Source: Octopus vulgaris (taxonomy: Eukaryota). Taken from it: 64,000 nucleotides of DNA. Positions within the stretch are counted from its first letter, which is position 1. The number at the start of each line of letters is the position of its first letter. The stretch spans positions 102,548,001 to 102,612,000 of the forward strand of contig OX597815.1 of assembly GCA_951406725.2 (NCBI GenBank). Reading direction: 5' to 3'. Position numbers and translations under genes: made by a program. The notes under the pieces were generated by a model that was not told the DNA's origin, did not search any database, and saw only the letters and a list, made by a program, of their open reading frames with translations. This document shows, piece after piece, positions 13,087 to 27,205 of this stretch.

Positions 13087-13490
13087 AAGGCGACGAGTTG
13101 GTAGAATCGTTAGCACGCCGGGCGAAATGCTTAGGGGTATTTCGTCTGCCGTTACGTTCTGAATTCAAATTCCGCCGAGGTCTACTTTGCCTTTCATCGT
13201 TTCGAGGTCGATTAAATAAGCACCAGTTACACACTGAGGTAAATATAATTGACTAAATCCGTTTGTCTGTCCTTGTTTGTCCTCTCTGTGTGTAGTAAAG
13301 AAATAAGAAACGTTAGCAGTATTTCGTCTGTCTTTATGTTCTGAGTTCAAATTCCGCCGAGGTCGACTTTGCTTTTCATCCTTTCAGCGTCGATATATTA
13401 AGTACCAGTTGCATTCTGGGATCGATGTAATCGACTGGCCCCCTCCCCCCAAATTTCGGGCCTTGTGCCTAGAATAGAAAATAATATTAT
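13087..13490 (+). mobile_element. Dimeric Meta-domain-like SINE
   Basis: Head aaggcgacgagttggtagaatcgttagcacgccgggcg, then two copies of ttcaaattccgccgaggtc..ctttcatc separated by gtagtaaagaaata. Confidence 0.85.
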
Positions 13491-13779
13491 CGTTTAGTTT
13501 TGAAGACAATGATAATCTGTAACTTAATGGAGTTTCGGGTGTTATTTCTAGCCGGTTGAGTGAGCACATACATCCTGCTGCATTGGGTTGTTATGGATTC
13601 AGTCAATTTATAATTCGTCAAAACTGTCTTTCCCTCTTTTTCAACATTTTTTGATCAGTTGCATTTTCTCTCACTCACTAAGACCAAAATATTTAGACTG
13701 ATACTACCTCAGCCCACTAACCTGTAAATATGTTCCATGAGGAGATTGTGTTCTTGGTATAATTTCAAGATTTGTGCGA

Positions 13780-14000
13780 GTCAACTAAGGAGTCTTGATG
13801 CCCCGCTTACTTTGACCCGCTAGAAATAAGAGTTAAATCCTCCCCAAAATACACACAACCTACTCTCTTAAATAAGAAAGACATACATTGAATATTGAGG
13901 TCACAGATACCTCTAACTAGACGGGATGGTTACGTCGGAAAAAATGCATTTTAAGAAAGATCGGCTAAGTCATGCCTAACTTCGAACAGAAATCAACTTA
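13780..14000 (+). mobile_element. Old SINE-like 3' module, dispersed (also ~26540-26720 +, 37200-37420 -, 37790-38000 +, 39690-39970 -)
   Basis: Shared degenerate motif gctagaaatagcagccaaat..aaatcacac...gatggt..ggctggaatg..tttgat...ggctaaa(caa)n. Confidence 0.55.
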
Positions 14001-15049
14001 ATTAGCGCGCATTTCTATACTCAAATCATTTTGTCAATATATTTGTGAAGTTTTAGACTCTTCAGTCTGATGTCCCTCACTGTGCTGCATATAACCGAAT
14101 CTTTCATTTAGTAATCTTACCACGCAGATCAATATAAAACTTTCACTTTGATATTAGTATTAATAGGCTATCATAATTGGTTATTATTATGATTTTGATT
14201 GACTGTTATTGTTTTAATTATGATTGGCTTATTAGGAGAAGTTTGGGATTGGTAGAATGACATCAGTGAATAGTTTCTTTGTGTTTCTTTGTTTTTTGTT
14301 TATTTGATGTTACAGTACGGTGAATTTTTATATTATGATTAAGTCCGTGGCTAATAAACGGAAAAACTGAAGCACTTCGTGACTTAGGTAACCATTTGTC
14401 TCATGAAATTTATAACTCTTCCATTTACATTAAAAGACGATAAATTATATTATTTGCATGCATCATTTAGTTAAGTATTAATAGCTTTATTTAAAAAGAA
14501 ATTTGGTGGGTGAGGTTACTAGAAAGTGCTAAGAGCTGGAATATTGCTTTTTCATTCGTGTAGTCTTGTCGTTTTGAGTTCAAATCTAGCATAAAGTTGT
14601 TTGCATTACTTCCAGACTATCAATTAATAAAATAATCGGTATTCACTCAGCCAATGCTGTTGCTTACAATTAACATATTTGTCTGCTTCGGATAGTTACT
14701 GTTACAGTATTAAATAACTGCAGGAACTAAATATATATTCCTACTGATTTATGCTTCAGAATTAAATTCCTATTATACTTATATACTTAGTGAAGCATGC
14801 TTACATATTTAGACATGTATATTTATGTATTTTGCTACATACTTTATAAATATTAGCCATATATTACCAAATAAACCTGTGAATCATTGCGAATGTTTAC
14901 TTAAGTGTCTTTCGCATCAATATCAATACTATTTTATATATTAGTTTATAATATTATCTAATAGTAACTAAATTCAACATATTCTGTGGTTTGATGATTA
15001 TATTTCGCTCATTGCCCACAATCTCAAAGTATTTTGCACTACGTAGGCT

Positions 15050-16520
15050 CTACTTCTTTAAAGTCAAAATTTCAATCCTCGCAGAGACAAATTCAAATAC
15101 CTAATACATCCCGTTATAGAAGACGGTATATAATTCTGAGTTTCCGCTCGAGCGTCAGTACATACAGAAGAAATGAGAGCAGACACAAAATGCTGTGTAG
15201 TTCGAATAAATTGCCATTCACCCTAACTATAGAGGAGGTGTCGCAGTACATTGCGACAATCCAAATACGGAATACCGGCCACTGTGGCAACAGCCGCAAA
15301 GTTCCAACTATTGAGCCAACCGAAAGCTTTTGATTGATCAAAGAGCTATCCATAATAGGTTCCTTACTCATCCGCTCTTTGTTGTATCGCATGAATTGGA
15401 AGGTATTGCAGATAGATCTATTCAGTGGTGAATGTTTGCGCATCAGTAATCAGACAATCGATTATAAGCGCCAACCTCTTAGCTAAAATCATGAAATTTG
15501 CACTTAATTGATGTATGGACCAAAAATTATCAATGTGTTTGCCCTGATTTGGGTCCTTTTCAACAACGCCACAGCTCCTCGCAGAGGTAGGAACTTTCCC
15601 TTTCTACTGTCAGTTGCAGTAGATATCTATCAAGCGGTTTCGAAATAGTCCTGGCAGAAAAAAAAAAAATAGAATTCGTAGGAGAGAATAGCATTAAACA
15701 GGAGGTTTGTGCCTCATTTCCCATATTTCCCCGAATCTTATCGGCTTTTCGAACACTGCACCTCCCTTGCCGAAAGTTGCGGAAGGCCGTTGTAGCAAGC
15801 TCTAAATTCTATCCTGCATTCTGTCCCGCTGTTTGTCCCGAGCAGTCAATTGAAATGCTACTCAAAAGTCGTGGGTAGCAGCTCGGGGTCGAGTAACAAG
15901 TACCAATTATGATCCATCAAAGACCAAATTGTGGATGTGTTGCTATTTTGTCCCTCGTGCAGTTTTTACCTATCGTTTCACAGTGAAAATGCTTTAGTGA
16001 TGCATCTTTGCGCTTCGCGTCGAAAGGTTGGAAGGCGGTCAATCTGGTCGCGAGCACATCGATTAATTCTGATACCTTTCCTAAGTGCCTCTATTTTTCC
16101 ATTCTACTAAGTGTCCCAATCACTTGTACGAAAGTACTTGTTCCTAGGAAAACCGCCAAACGCCTGAACAAGTTCAGCTGTCCCAACCCTGTAGGACTAT
16201 TGATAGTTACTAGTGTGAAGGCACTCCTTCAGAATTGCTCATATCCACGATCTCCAAATTACCTTCTTTGTCTAAGAAGATAATCTATAATGTAAGATCT
16301 TGACCCATCCGAAACAACACAGCAGTAGCACCTCCCAATCATGGTTAACTTGGTGATAGGTAGATTTTGTATCCATCAATAATGTAGAGCGGAAACTCTG
16401 GTCTCGTTGATGGTGACTGCAGCTATATCTAGTGACCTGAGATTATTGAGTTGATGTCTCTTATGCCATTGCTTCAGTCCATGTTCATTTACACAGCCCA
16501 TTATAAACAAGGAAGAAAGT
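15050..16520 (-). mobile_element. Heavily deleted L1/Tx1-type LINE remnant (APE + RT pieces)
   Basis: Minus-strand fragments resemble the APE start (MGCVNEHGL..LRSLDIAAVTINETR, ~16400-16505), KSPG.DG..YEFY (~15670-15710) and K..N.G..IDNF.P...L...F.ILAKRLA (~15465-15560). All are broken. Confidence 0.7.
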
Positions 16521-16599
16521 GAGAAAGGATCTCTTATTTTATTCCTGTAGTTACCTGGTAAGAATAAAATTCTCCCAAATCAGCTTAGTATTTATACAA

Positions 16600-17100
16600 T
16601 ATTGTATAACAAGCTAATTTAGCGTTACAACATACTTATGAAGGAACCACAAATGACCACAAAATGGCTGATCAAGAGTATTACTTTTTTTGCACCCCGA
16701 AAGGAAGGCATAAGATTCCCTAAGCAATATGTATTTACGATATGCCTTTGAACTGTATACAAGATTCTTGAAGCTGTACAACTGGAACGCACGCATACGT
16801 TCCTCATTAACATGTCCTTCGATAAATTAAAAAACTGTAAACTTGGATCATATGGACGCAAGGTTCAAATGTTAATCAACAAAATGATTCCTGATGGTTG
16901 TCACATCTGGAACAGTATCTTTCAATAATCTGGATAAACTACAAAATCCTTTTTGATAGCCTTCCGTACATCTGAATAGAGGAATACCAGGAGACATTCA
17001 AAATTAGTTCAATAACCAGGAAATATTTCTTTCATGTCATGAAGCTCTTGAAAATAATATAAATTCTCAACACAGACCACTTCAATGAAGTAACCTGAAA
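16600..17100 (-). mobile_element. hAT transposase fossil
   Basis: Manual translation GIPLFRCTEGYQKGFCSLSRLLKDTVPDVTTIRNHFVD*HLNLA...LYSFKNL resembles the hAT region from the second catalytic Asp to CxxH-LNL. Confidence 0.5.
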
Positions 17101-17414
17101 ATAGAGATAACCCGAATGTGGAACCTAAAGACAGGATCAATCCTTATAAAATCAATAGTAAGTGCATTAGGTATGCTTAAAATACGCACAAATAACTACA
17201 TACCCAAACCACCAGGATTTACGAATATCTATATAACACACAAAAAATAGCACTCCTAGACACTGCACACACGCTTTGAATACAGTGAAACTAGTAACAC
17301 AAAAACGAACCATGGCACATACCCAAGGCATGGAAAACTGCGATCGGTAGTGCAGTGAAAGCACGTGATAAAAATAAGATTCACATACTACTACTACTAC
17401 TACTACTACTAATG

Positions 17415-17448
<34 letters not shown>

Positions 17449-17501
17449 TAATAATAATAATAACAATAATAATAATAATATGATGACTGATGATGATGAT
17501 G

Positions 17502-17535
<34 letters not shown>

Positions 17536-17671
17536 TAATAATAATAATAATGATAATAATAATAATAATAATGATAATAATAATATTGACTGTCTCCTGG
17601 CATTCCTTTATCCAGATGTATGGAAGACTATCATAATAATAATACTAATAATAATAATAAAGAATAATAAT

Positions 17672-17890
17672 AATGTGGAACAAATAGGAGCTGCAATAAG
17701 GGTGGATCACTTGCAGAAAACAGCACTGCTTGGAACCACTCGAATAATCCGGAAGGTGCTCGAAAAATAAGAGGTGTTACCTTCGTTCACTGGTAGTGAA
17801 CAGCTGACACTGTATTACATTTCCAGCGTTAGAAGCTGTCCAAAGGCAACAACAACAACAACAACAACGACGACGACGACAACAACAATA
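17672..17890 (+). mobile_element. R4/Dong-like LINE 3' end
   Basis: EQIGAAIRVDHLQKTALLGTTRIIRKVLEK*, short 3' UTR and (aac)n tail, lying within (taa)n arrays. Confidence 0.82.
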
Positions 17891-18267
17891 ATAACAATAA
17901 AATTAATAACAATGATAATAATAATAAATCTCCACTTCTCAATTTTGCAAACCATCTTCTGCAAGTTCTTTTCATTCAATCATTCTTTTCCATAAACTGA
18001 GTGTATGTTTCGAGTCGCTTCGGCGGCAGAGTTTCCTTTTTTGTACTCATACAGTATTATGTGCTTCCGTGTTAAAAAGAGTTTTAATCAAAGAAATTTT
18101 AATTCTATCATTCTGTAAAATAATATTTAATTAGTTTAAACGTACACGAATGCCTAAAAAGAATTTTTAATTCCATTAGACATTCTAAAATACTTCTAAA
18201 TTTCATTCAATTTAAAAATAGTAAAATCGGACAGAACTTATGGGATAACCTGATATTATTATTATTG

Positions 18268-18499
18268 AAGGCGGCGAATTGGCAGAATCTTTAGCATGCT
18301 GGACGAAATGCTTAGCGGTATTTCGCTCGTCGCTACGTTCTGAGTTCAAATTCCGCCAACGTCGAGTTTGACTTATATCCTTACGGGGTCGATAAATTAA
18401 GTAACAGTGAAACACTTGGGTCGATGTAATCGACTAGTCTCTTCCCCCAAATTTCAGGCCGTGTGCTTATAGTAGAAAAGATTATTGTTATTATTATTA
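18268..18499 (+). mobile_element. Meta-domain-like SINE
   Basis: aaggcggcgaattggcagaatc...gagttcaaattccgcc...ggggtcgataaattaag...agtagaaaag followed by (att)n. Confidence 0.85.
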
Positions 18500-19541
18500 C
18501 TAGCGGAACCCGTGAATATTTCACGGAATTAATGGTAAAACTATTGGGTTATTTCTGAAAATTTTATCCGAAAGCCTGAAAGCGTAGTCTGTGTTCTGTC
18601 TGTATGGAATAATAGCCGCTCATCTGCTACTCACTGAAAGTGAAAGAAATTGAAATACGATGATTACTTAATGCACTTTATATGTACACTTTATATACTC
18701 TATTCACAATTTTATAGACTTGATACACAGCACTCATAAAATAAATATGCGCTCTTATTTTTCTATTTTCCCCATAAACAAAAAAGATATCCAGTACATA
18801 TGGTACAACCTTTAGCTAAGTTGCATATATCTGCCACGTAAATAAGAGTGAATATTTCACGGAATAGCACTTATGCGCATGCGTTAAGTGACAGGTGAGT
18901 TCAATTAAAAAATATGTACTTTTCACTATGCAATTACCACCACCACCTCCACCACCATCATCTCACTCCCCCTCTCTCCCTCCCTCAATGTCCATCCGCT
19001 CTCTCCCTCTCTCTCCTCACTCCCCTCTCTCCGCTCTCTCTCTCTCCTCTCTCTCCTCACTCCCCTCTCTCCCCTCTCCCCTTATCCCTCTTTCCCTCTC
19101 TCTCACTTCCCTTCTCTCTCTCACTCTGTGCCCTTTCTTGAATCAGAATATCATCCCTCTGCTAAAATCATACATCTCTCTTTATATCACGACATTCAAT
19201 TAACATTTTAAACCACGTAATAAATATTACGTTCCGCCTACCTCATGTCATGGACGTTTCTCTCTCTCTCTTTTACTTTCTTCCTCTTTCTGACTCACTC
19301 ATCGCTTTAACCTCTTTATCTCTCTCCTTTTACTTTTTCCCCTCTTTTCAATCAACTAATCACGTGAAAGCGTGACAATTACATTCCTTCTGCCTCACGT
19401 CAGGGACACTTCTCCTTCCCTATTTTTCTCTCTCTCCCTCTTTTTCTCTCTCCTCTTTTCTTTCTCCCTTTTATTCTCTAATTGCGTGAAAGCGTTACCG
19501 ACGGGCTAAGAAACGCAATGACAAGCAGAATTATTATAAGA
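18500..19541 (-). mobile_element. Non-autonomous Helitron
   Basis: Minus-strand 3' end: hairpin CCGTGAAATATTCACGG then gttccgCTAG|T (CTAG at 18500-18503). Candidate 5' end A|TCTTATAATAA at 19541 is ambiguous because it overlaps the next element. Internal CT-rich tract and a second partial hairpin at ~18848-18865. Confidence 0.7.
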
Positions 19542-19975
19542 TGGGCTACAAAAAATATTCTACTCAATACCACAGATTTGCTTGTTAGTTGTTTGACCTT
19601 AACAATTTGAGTATTTCTCTTGATGGCTGACGATATGTGTATCTCTGGTAACGAGAGAAGTAGTGGGGGAGCATCATAGCCATGTGTTGAGAGGAAACAT
19701 GGGTGTTTTTTGTTCAACATCCTTAAACAACTCGTATTCAGGGACCTTTTTGAGCTGGATGGGCTATTGATCTAAAGAAAAATATTTTACTGGGCCCCAC
19801 CTGCAAGGTCATGCGCTGTTTATCTTGATATGAGATCACGATGTCGCGCACGTATGGTTGTGATGCATGTGTCTGGTATATCCTTAACAGACGATTAATC
19901 AGTTGGGTATACTGGGCTTCGTATATTTGTACCCCAGGGTCACTTTGATGGCATGCACCGCTCTCTCACTCAATA
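19537..19975 (+). mobile_element. Truncated copy of the (TAA)n-associated 560 bp element
   Basis: Reverse complement of ~8709-9175; ends ctctctcactcaataataat. Confidence 0.85.
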
Positions 19976-20000
19976 ATAATAATTACAGCAAGAACAATAA

Positions 20001-20190
20001 TATCCTTTCTACTAAAGGCACAAGGCTTCAAATTTGTAGGAAGGGGACTAGTGGATGACATCGACCCCATTGTTTCATTGGTGCTTAATTTATAGACTCC
20101 GAAAGGATGAAAGGCAAAGTCGACCTGGGCGGAATTTGAACTCAGAACGTAGCGGTAGACAAGACACCGCTAAGCATGTCGTGCTAACGA
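20001..20190 (-). mobile_element. Meta-domain-like SINE (partial)
   Basis: gaaaggatgaaaggcaaagtcgacctgggcggaatttgaactcagaacgtagcgg. Confidence 0.8.
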
Positions 20191-20475
20191 TAATTACAGC
20201 AACAACAATAATATAACGACAGCAACAATAGAATGGGTGAACAGCATGTATATAGTAAGTTTTCCTGTTATCTCAATCTCTACAGCTAAAGCCTTCTAAT
20301 CAACAACTGTGGAGTATATACATCTATATTATTGATGCAGGTATTCTCAATTTCATTGACTTCCGTATTAATACATGTCAATGGTCTAACATTTTTCGTT
20401 ACCGATTAACATATATGCAAATAAAGATGGGTGTTAATGCTATAGCATACTCTGAAAACGCCACTGAAATATGTC

Positions 20476-20579
<104 letters not shown>

Positions 20580-20580
20580 C

Positions 20581-20628
<48 letters not shown>

Positions 20629-21279
20629 TTAGTCTGCGCGTGAGTGCGCGTGTTTGTGTGTAAGCGTGTATATGTGTGTGTGTGTGTGTGTGTGTTTAGC
20701 AATATATATTCAAAGCTTTTTTGTTTCACACTAATGGTACATATTTGATGTGCAAATCTCCTGAAACAAACCAGTAAGATTCTCAACTATTTTTGTCTGC
20801 TTAACAGAAACATAAGATATTCTCACCTCATTTCACTCGCCGTCATTGAGGCTTCCAGAAATTCTGAATTAAGTCATGAGCTATATAAAAAGATATATTA
20901 AATCTAATAATTAAAACCAAAGGATGGAAATGACTAAATAAATATCTCCAGCAAACACAGCTCCTATCTTACGTCATAAATGTGATAATTACACACAAAA
21001 CATGTTGTAAAAATCTTATAAAACGTGTGCACAAATTATGAACTGTGAAATAACGACGTAAAAATATAGCCAAGACAACTTAAAATAAACCAAACACTGT
21101 TCATAAATGTTTTTGTTTTTAATAAAGGTAAATTATGATGAAAGTCATATCCGTCAGACCAGGGGTGTCCGACGAATATTGTGTCGTGAGCTTAATGGAA
21201 ATTCAATGCGGAACTAAAGTTTGGTGAGGTTTAGAAATTGTGTCTTTATAAGTGGTTAACTCGCAACCAAAAGATCCGT

Positions 21280-22687
21280 TCTATACCTCCTAAGAAGATA
21301 AGAGCACGATGGACAAATCGATAAAATATTGAAATGTTACACTAAAATTATACATCGATATTATATCCGATACACACGATCCCTATGAAAAAAACCCGAT
21401 TGGTGGAGTCAAAAAGCGAAGTGAAGAAAATAATCAAATCATGCTATCAAATGCACGAATTTTCTTAATAAGCAACAAAAATATCCCAGAAGCAAAAATA
21501 GAACAACTCAGAAAAAAATACACGCAAGAATATAAAAGCAGAAAATATAACCGACCTCATACAAACACGAGCAGCTCCCTTAAACCAATAAAAGCATCAC
21601 GAAAGAATCCATCTGACACAAAACACATAAGTTAGCACAACAAAGAAAATAAGACGACAAAAACGACAACATAAACAGTAAATAGGCCCTCAAAACATAC
21701 TGAAATTACCATAGTACCCATAACATGTAGAAACAAAAAGTATTAAAAGGAAATACAAATAACAGCCAACGAAAGGAACTAAAATCCAAAATGATTAAGA
21801 TCATAGAAGTCCCCATGGAAACTTTGAACAAAATACGCTAGCACAATAAAAATACACACTTGATTCCACTGTTAACCATAAACAGAATAAAAACCATATC
21901 GATGAGTTTTAACATCAGCAAGCGAACAGAAACAATAAAAAATTAAAAGAACGTAATATAATAGATGAATATGGATCAAAGTAAGAGCTTTGCAAGGAAT
22001 TCTGTCCACAGAAGCAACATGAATATTAACAACGTGAATAATCTAATCCCTTCCGTAGTAGAAGCAGAAGTAGGATAAAAAGAAAGCAGACACAACACTG
22101 TTGAACATAATAACAATGTAAAAAGAAAAAAATTCTTCCATAGAATGGACAAAAACAGAATTAAAAAAGTCTGTTTTTACTTGGCGAATTGAATGCAAAA
22201 AGGAAAAAATCAAATCAAATAAAGAACTACCAATGCTTGTGCGCGCGTGCGTGTGGCGATGAAAATCAAATATTCGAAGCGATGAAAATGCACAAGGGAT
22301 AAGGGATGACAACTAGAATAGATCATTAAACAGGGTCGACAATAGCTAAAAAGTAACACGATAAAAGGCGTGGTTGACAGTTTCCAAATTCTAGCCGAAA
22401 TCCCGGCACAATGCAGGCGTTAAAATATCCTCTCAGTTAAATAGAAGTATGTAGAATATTTGACTTTGGTGAATAAATACAGATTCTTCAAAACAAAAAC
22501 AACGGCAGCCACCGAAACTGCAGTCTTTATAAATTGTTTTATATTAACAACTTGAATAATCTAATCCCTTCTGTAGTAGAAGCATACGTTGTTTAGAAAG
22601 AAAGTAGACACAACACTGTCGAACATAATAACAATGGAAAAAGAAAAAAATCCTCCATAGAATGGACAAAAACAGAATGAGAAAAAA

Positions 22688-22690
<3 letters not shown>
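21280..22690 (+). mobile_element. Old A-rich LINE ORF remnant (probably Dong-like N-terminus) with ~140 bp direct duplication
   Basis: MLSNARIFLISNKNIPEAKIEQLRKK loosely resembles the Dong N-terminal motif at ~7750-7810 (-). 22023-22160 is repeated at 22541-22678. Confidence 0.4.
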
Positions 22691-23168
<478 letters not shown>

Positions 23169-24470
23169 CAGATTAACTGGACAGCTACAAACAGTATTCA
23201 GTAGCCTCGAACTAGAAAAAGAGTCAGAATCTAGGAAGTACTAATCTATAATTGTTTTATATTTCTTCGAGACAATATCTAGAAATGAACAGGCAAATAT
23301 GCAAACACACACGCATTACTATTTAGCTTTCACTTAGCGAAACTAATAACCTGGTGTAGAACTCAATATACATATGTTCCAGAACACAATGTTAGATGAG
23401 TATACAGTTGTAAGAGGAACAAAGAGACAACACTGGAGGAGAAAAAAAAAAGGTTATGTTGTGAATCTCATTTGCTTACAGCTGCTTCTACTGTGAGATG
23501 TGGTGGACTCGTAGTTGAGTGCTTGGATAACATCTTATAGCTTCATACCAGCCTCGAATATGAAGCGCATTTAATTGGGGAAAATTACATTTTCAGATCA
23601 TATAGACGTTAGGAATGAAGTTCATGCTAATGCCAGTGGAAAGATCAGTATAAAAATTTAGAAAAAGTATGCAAATATACGCATGCGCTTATACCAGAAT
23701 GAAATAAAAGGAAACTTACGCAGAGAGAGGGAGAGAGAGAGAGAGGGAGGCGGAGAGAGAGAGAGGGAGAAAGAGGAAGAGAGAGGGAGAAAGAGGGAGA
23801 GAGAGATACATGGTTAGACACGCACACGTCAAAACACACACACACGCGTACAGTGGGCTTCTCTCAGTTTCTGGCTACCAAATTCACTCACAAGGCTTTG
23901 GTCTGCTCGATGCTATAATAGAAGACACCCAAAGGGCCACTCTGTGAGACTGAACCCCGAACCATGGGTTAGGAAGTAAGATTCTCACCACACACACGTA
24001 CACACACACACATGTAAATACCCACATATTTATATTCATTGTTGTCTAAATGAAAGGGCTTTTTCTTCCGACCCAAATTTCTAAATTTTTAATTCACCTG
24101 AAACGTTTTTTTTCATGATACAATCGAATTTTCCATCAATAAAAAAAACGCATCGGTAACAGCTGTAGTGAAGCTTTAACTCATTTCTATTCTTATTTCA
24201 CATAAACTTCATTCCTGGAACCTTCCCTATGTGGGATTTAGAACTTAGATTGGATCTTGAAACTGCAGGCCGGTGTGCATATGTATATAATTTCATGCAC
24301 ATGCATATCTATACAAATGTGTATATTTGTGCGTGCATGTGCATGTATGTATAAGTGAGAAGATATGTCTATATATGCATGGGGTTATACAGATATGTTT
24401 GTCAATGGTATATACGTGGATGCACAGATCTCGACCCTCGCTTACTGTCTTTAATATCAAAATACTTTGA

Positions 24471-24705
24471 AGTTTAATATTATGGCATATAAGCCCTCGA
24501 CAGGAAAAAATGTGCTCCCCGTACGTGTAGGACTGGATCCAATACCTCTAATTTCGCGACAAGTGTGCTTGCCACATTTGTTAAAGTTAGCACGCTTTTT
24601 ACACTTGGCAAACTTGTCACGAAAACAGAGAGGTGTGGGTTCGAGTCCCACGCTTACGGGAAACCCATTTTTTTCATCCAGGGCTTATATACCCAATATT
24701 AGACT
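24471..24705. repeat. Foldback (palindromic) element with tRNA-like B-box arms
   Basis: Arms ~24471-24574 and ~24606-24705 are imperfect reverse complements (atataagccct/agggcttatat; cccgtacgtgtaggact/agtcccacgcttacggg). GGTTCGAGTCC at 24638-24648. Confidence 0.8.
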
Positions 24706-25639
24706 ATTTTCTTGAGCCAACTGATCGCTTATCAGCTTTAAGCTTATGAAAATATCACCATCATCATCATCATCATCATTATTATTTACAGAATTGTAAA
24801 AAATATGGTACCACTTATCAAATCAATTATATATATATACTAGCAGTATAACCCGGCCTTGCCCGGGATTAAGTTACGATTATTAAGCTAATCAAGTTCT
24901 TTATTTCAAACCAAACTAAGTAATATCGACGTCAAATTTGGGCAAAATCCGTTGAAATTGGTTATATTATATATTTATTATATATATTATATATATATAA
25001 CATAATATAAATATATATAGGCAACATACACAAACACACATGTACGTACGTACACCTATTGCATATTTTGTGCATGCATAGATGTTCATAAACAGAAATG
25101 AATGGAAAAATGTTGTTAAATTTGTAGATTAACACTCGCACGATTTTCACTAAGAAAAATAATCGTTTTTTTTTGCGTGGAATCAACTACTCTGGCCTCT
25201 TAATATGCTAAAAAACCCTTTTTGTGGTCCGTGAAAAGGAGTGGGTGTGGTGGAAACCTCGGAAATTGTACCCATTTATATTGTGCAATTCACTGACAAA
25301 TTGTTACTCACCTCTTTGTTTCTTTGTTGTTAAATAAATGGATTGTCAACAAAACACTTTTTTACTCGGCTTAAAATAAAAACAAAACTCTTTCGCACCC
25401 AAGGTAATGTGTGTGAGAGAGGGGGGAGAAAGATGAAAGATTTTAAATAAATAAATTATTTAAAATAAATATATTGTAATTGTTGTGTGAGAAAGTATAT
25501 ATACAATGAATATAAAATATAGTGTCTTTCAAAAACATCCAAAATTTGAACACTCTATCTCGTGTTTAAGAAAAGACAAAACATTTTACATTTTATATTT
25601 TATGAAGGTCGTCACTTACTCTCTCTCTCCCTCTCTCAC

Positions 25640-26218
25640 TTTTTCAAAAATGTTTGGGGAAAATACTCAAAAAGTTTTTTGGGAAAATTTTCAAAAATTT
25701 TTGAGGAAAATTTTTGAAAAACTTTTCAAAAATTTTCAAAACATTTTCAAAAAATTTTCAAAAATTTTGGGGAAAATTTTCGAAATACTTTTCAAAAATT
25801 TTCGGGAAAATTTTCAAAAAATTTTGAAAAGTTTATGGGGAAAATTTAAAAAAAATTTTTCAAAACTTTTGGGTAAAATTAAAAAAAAAATTTTTTTTTA
25901 ATTTTCTAAAATTTTCAAAAAATTTTTCTAAAATTTTGGGGAAAACTTTGGAAAAACTTTTCAAAAATTTTTCGAAAATTTATGGGAAAATTTTCATAAA
26001 ATTCTTGAAAAATTTTGGGGAAAATTTTCAAAAAATTTTAAAAAATTCTTGGGGAAAATTTTCAAAAAATTTTTCAAACATTTTTGGGTGGAAAATTTTC
26101 AAAAAATTAAAAAAAAATTTTGGGGGAAAATTTTCAAAAAATTAAAAAATTATTTTTGAGGGAAATTTTCAGAAAGTTTTTCAAAAATTTCTTGGAAAAA
26201 TTTTCAAAAATTTTTGAG
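25640..26218. repeat. A/T-tract minisatellite inside the Helitron
   Basis: Degenerate repeats of ggggaaaattttcaaaaaatttt with alternating A4-6 and T4-6 runs. Confidence 0.9.
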
Positions 26219-27205
26219 ACAATATGATGATTTGACCATATTGTGTGTGTCCTTTTAATTAATTTTTTTTTTAACTAAACACTTTCAAACTTCCGTTACT
26301 AGTAGAATGTGTCACATAGATCAGGGTTTACTCTTAACGTTTTGGATAAAATTTTGTACGTTAGAAGTTATTTCGTCTGAAGTTACAAAGTGACAATGGA
26401 CAAATTCGTGTTTGATAAGTGCCAATACACGAAACTCTCAGTTTTTGACTTACTCTCTAACTCCTGCCGATGATATATATATACATATTACATAAATGTG
26501 TTAAAAAAAATCTTATCACACAATCGAACCAATGAAAGAGCCTCTACCTGGTCGTTCCACACGTTAAAAATAGCAGCCAAAATAGCCTCCTACCTAAATC
26601 ACACGCCCATTGTATGTAATATCCTAGATTATCCCTAAAAAGACGGCTTGCTGAAGGCTGGAATGTCTTTGATGATACGTTTTCAGTATCAGGGTTGATT
26701 TGAGGCTAAATAACAACATTATAGTCAATTTCTATATTAACACCCGCACGATTTTCACTAAGAAAAAAAAAAGATTTTTTGCGTGGAATCAAGACCTTGA
26801 CCTCCTAATGTGCTGCAAATCCCTTATTTTGGTTCGGAAAAAAGTAAGTGGGGTTCACCCTCCCAATCCCGGAATCGATGGAAATGTTTTTTCGTTGAAT
26901 GAGTTCCTGTGACCTCCTAATATTGCAAAATTAGGTTACTTAAGGTGAGCCTGGTAACTGATCGTTTTGGGATCTTGTTGTTTGTAATTTTTGGTGATCC
27001 ATGGTGTAACGAACAACAGGATAAAAATCCCTGCCATAAATTTGGTGTAGATGGGTAATATCAAATAATTCAATCACAACATATATTTAAATTCAACATG
27101 GATAAATTGAAATATTATTTTTCAGTATTTTATAAGGTAAAATCTTAAATTATTGACACATTATCACTTATCTCATAACAGCAATGTCTGGAAAAAATCA
27201 TGGAT

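Noticed and set aside
22375-22440. ctgagagg...GAAActgtc on the minus strand
   Set aside because: Core box non-canonical and stems weak; cannot be supported. The same applies to ~41440-41468 and ~58740-58770.
24606-24660. tRNA gene
   Set aside because: Only a T-arm/B-box is present; no D-arm or acceptor stem could be folded.
25506-26145. K/F-rich ORFs
   Set aside because: Translation of the A/T-tract satellite.
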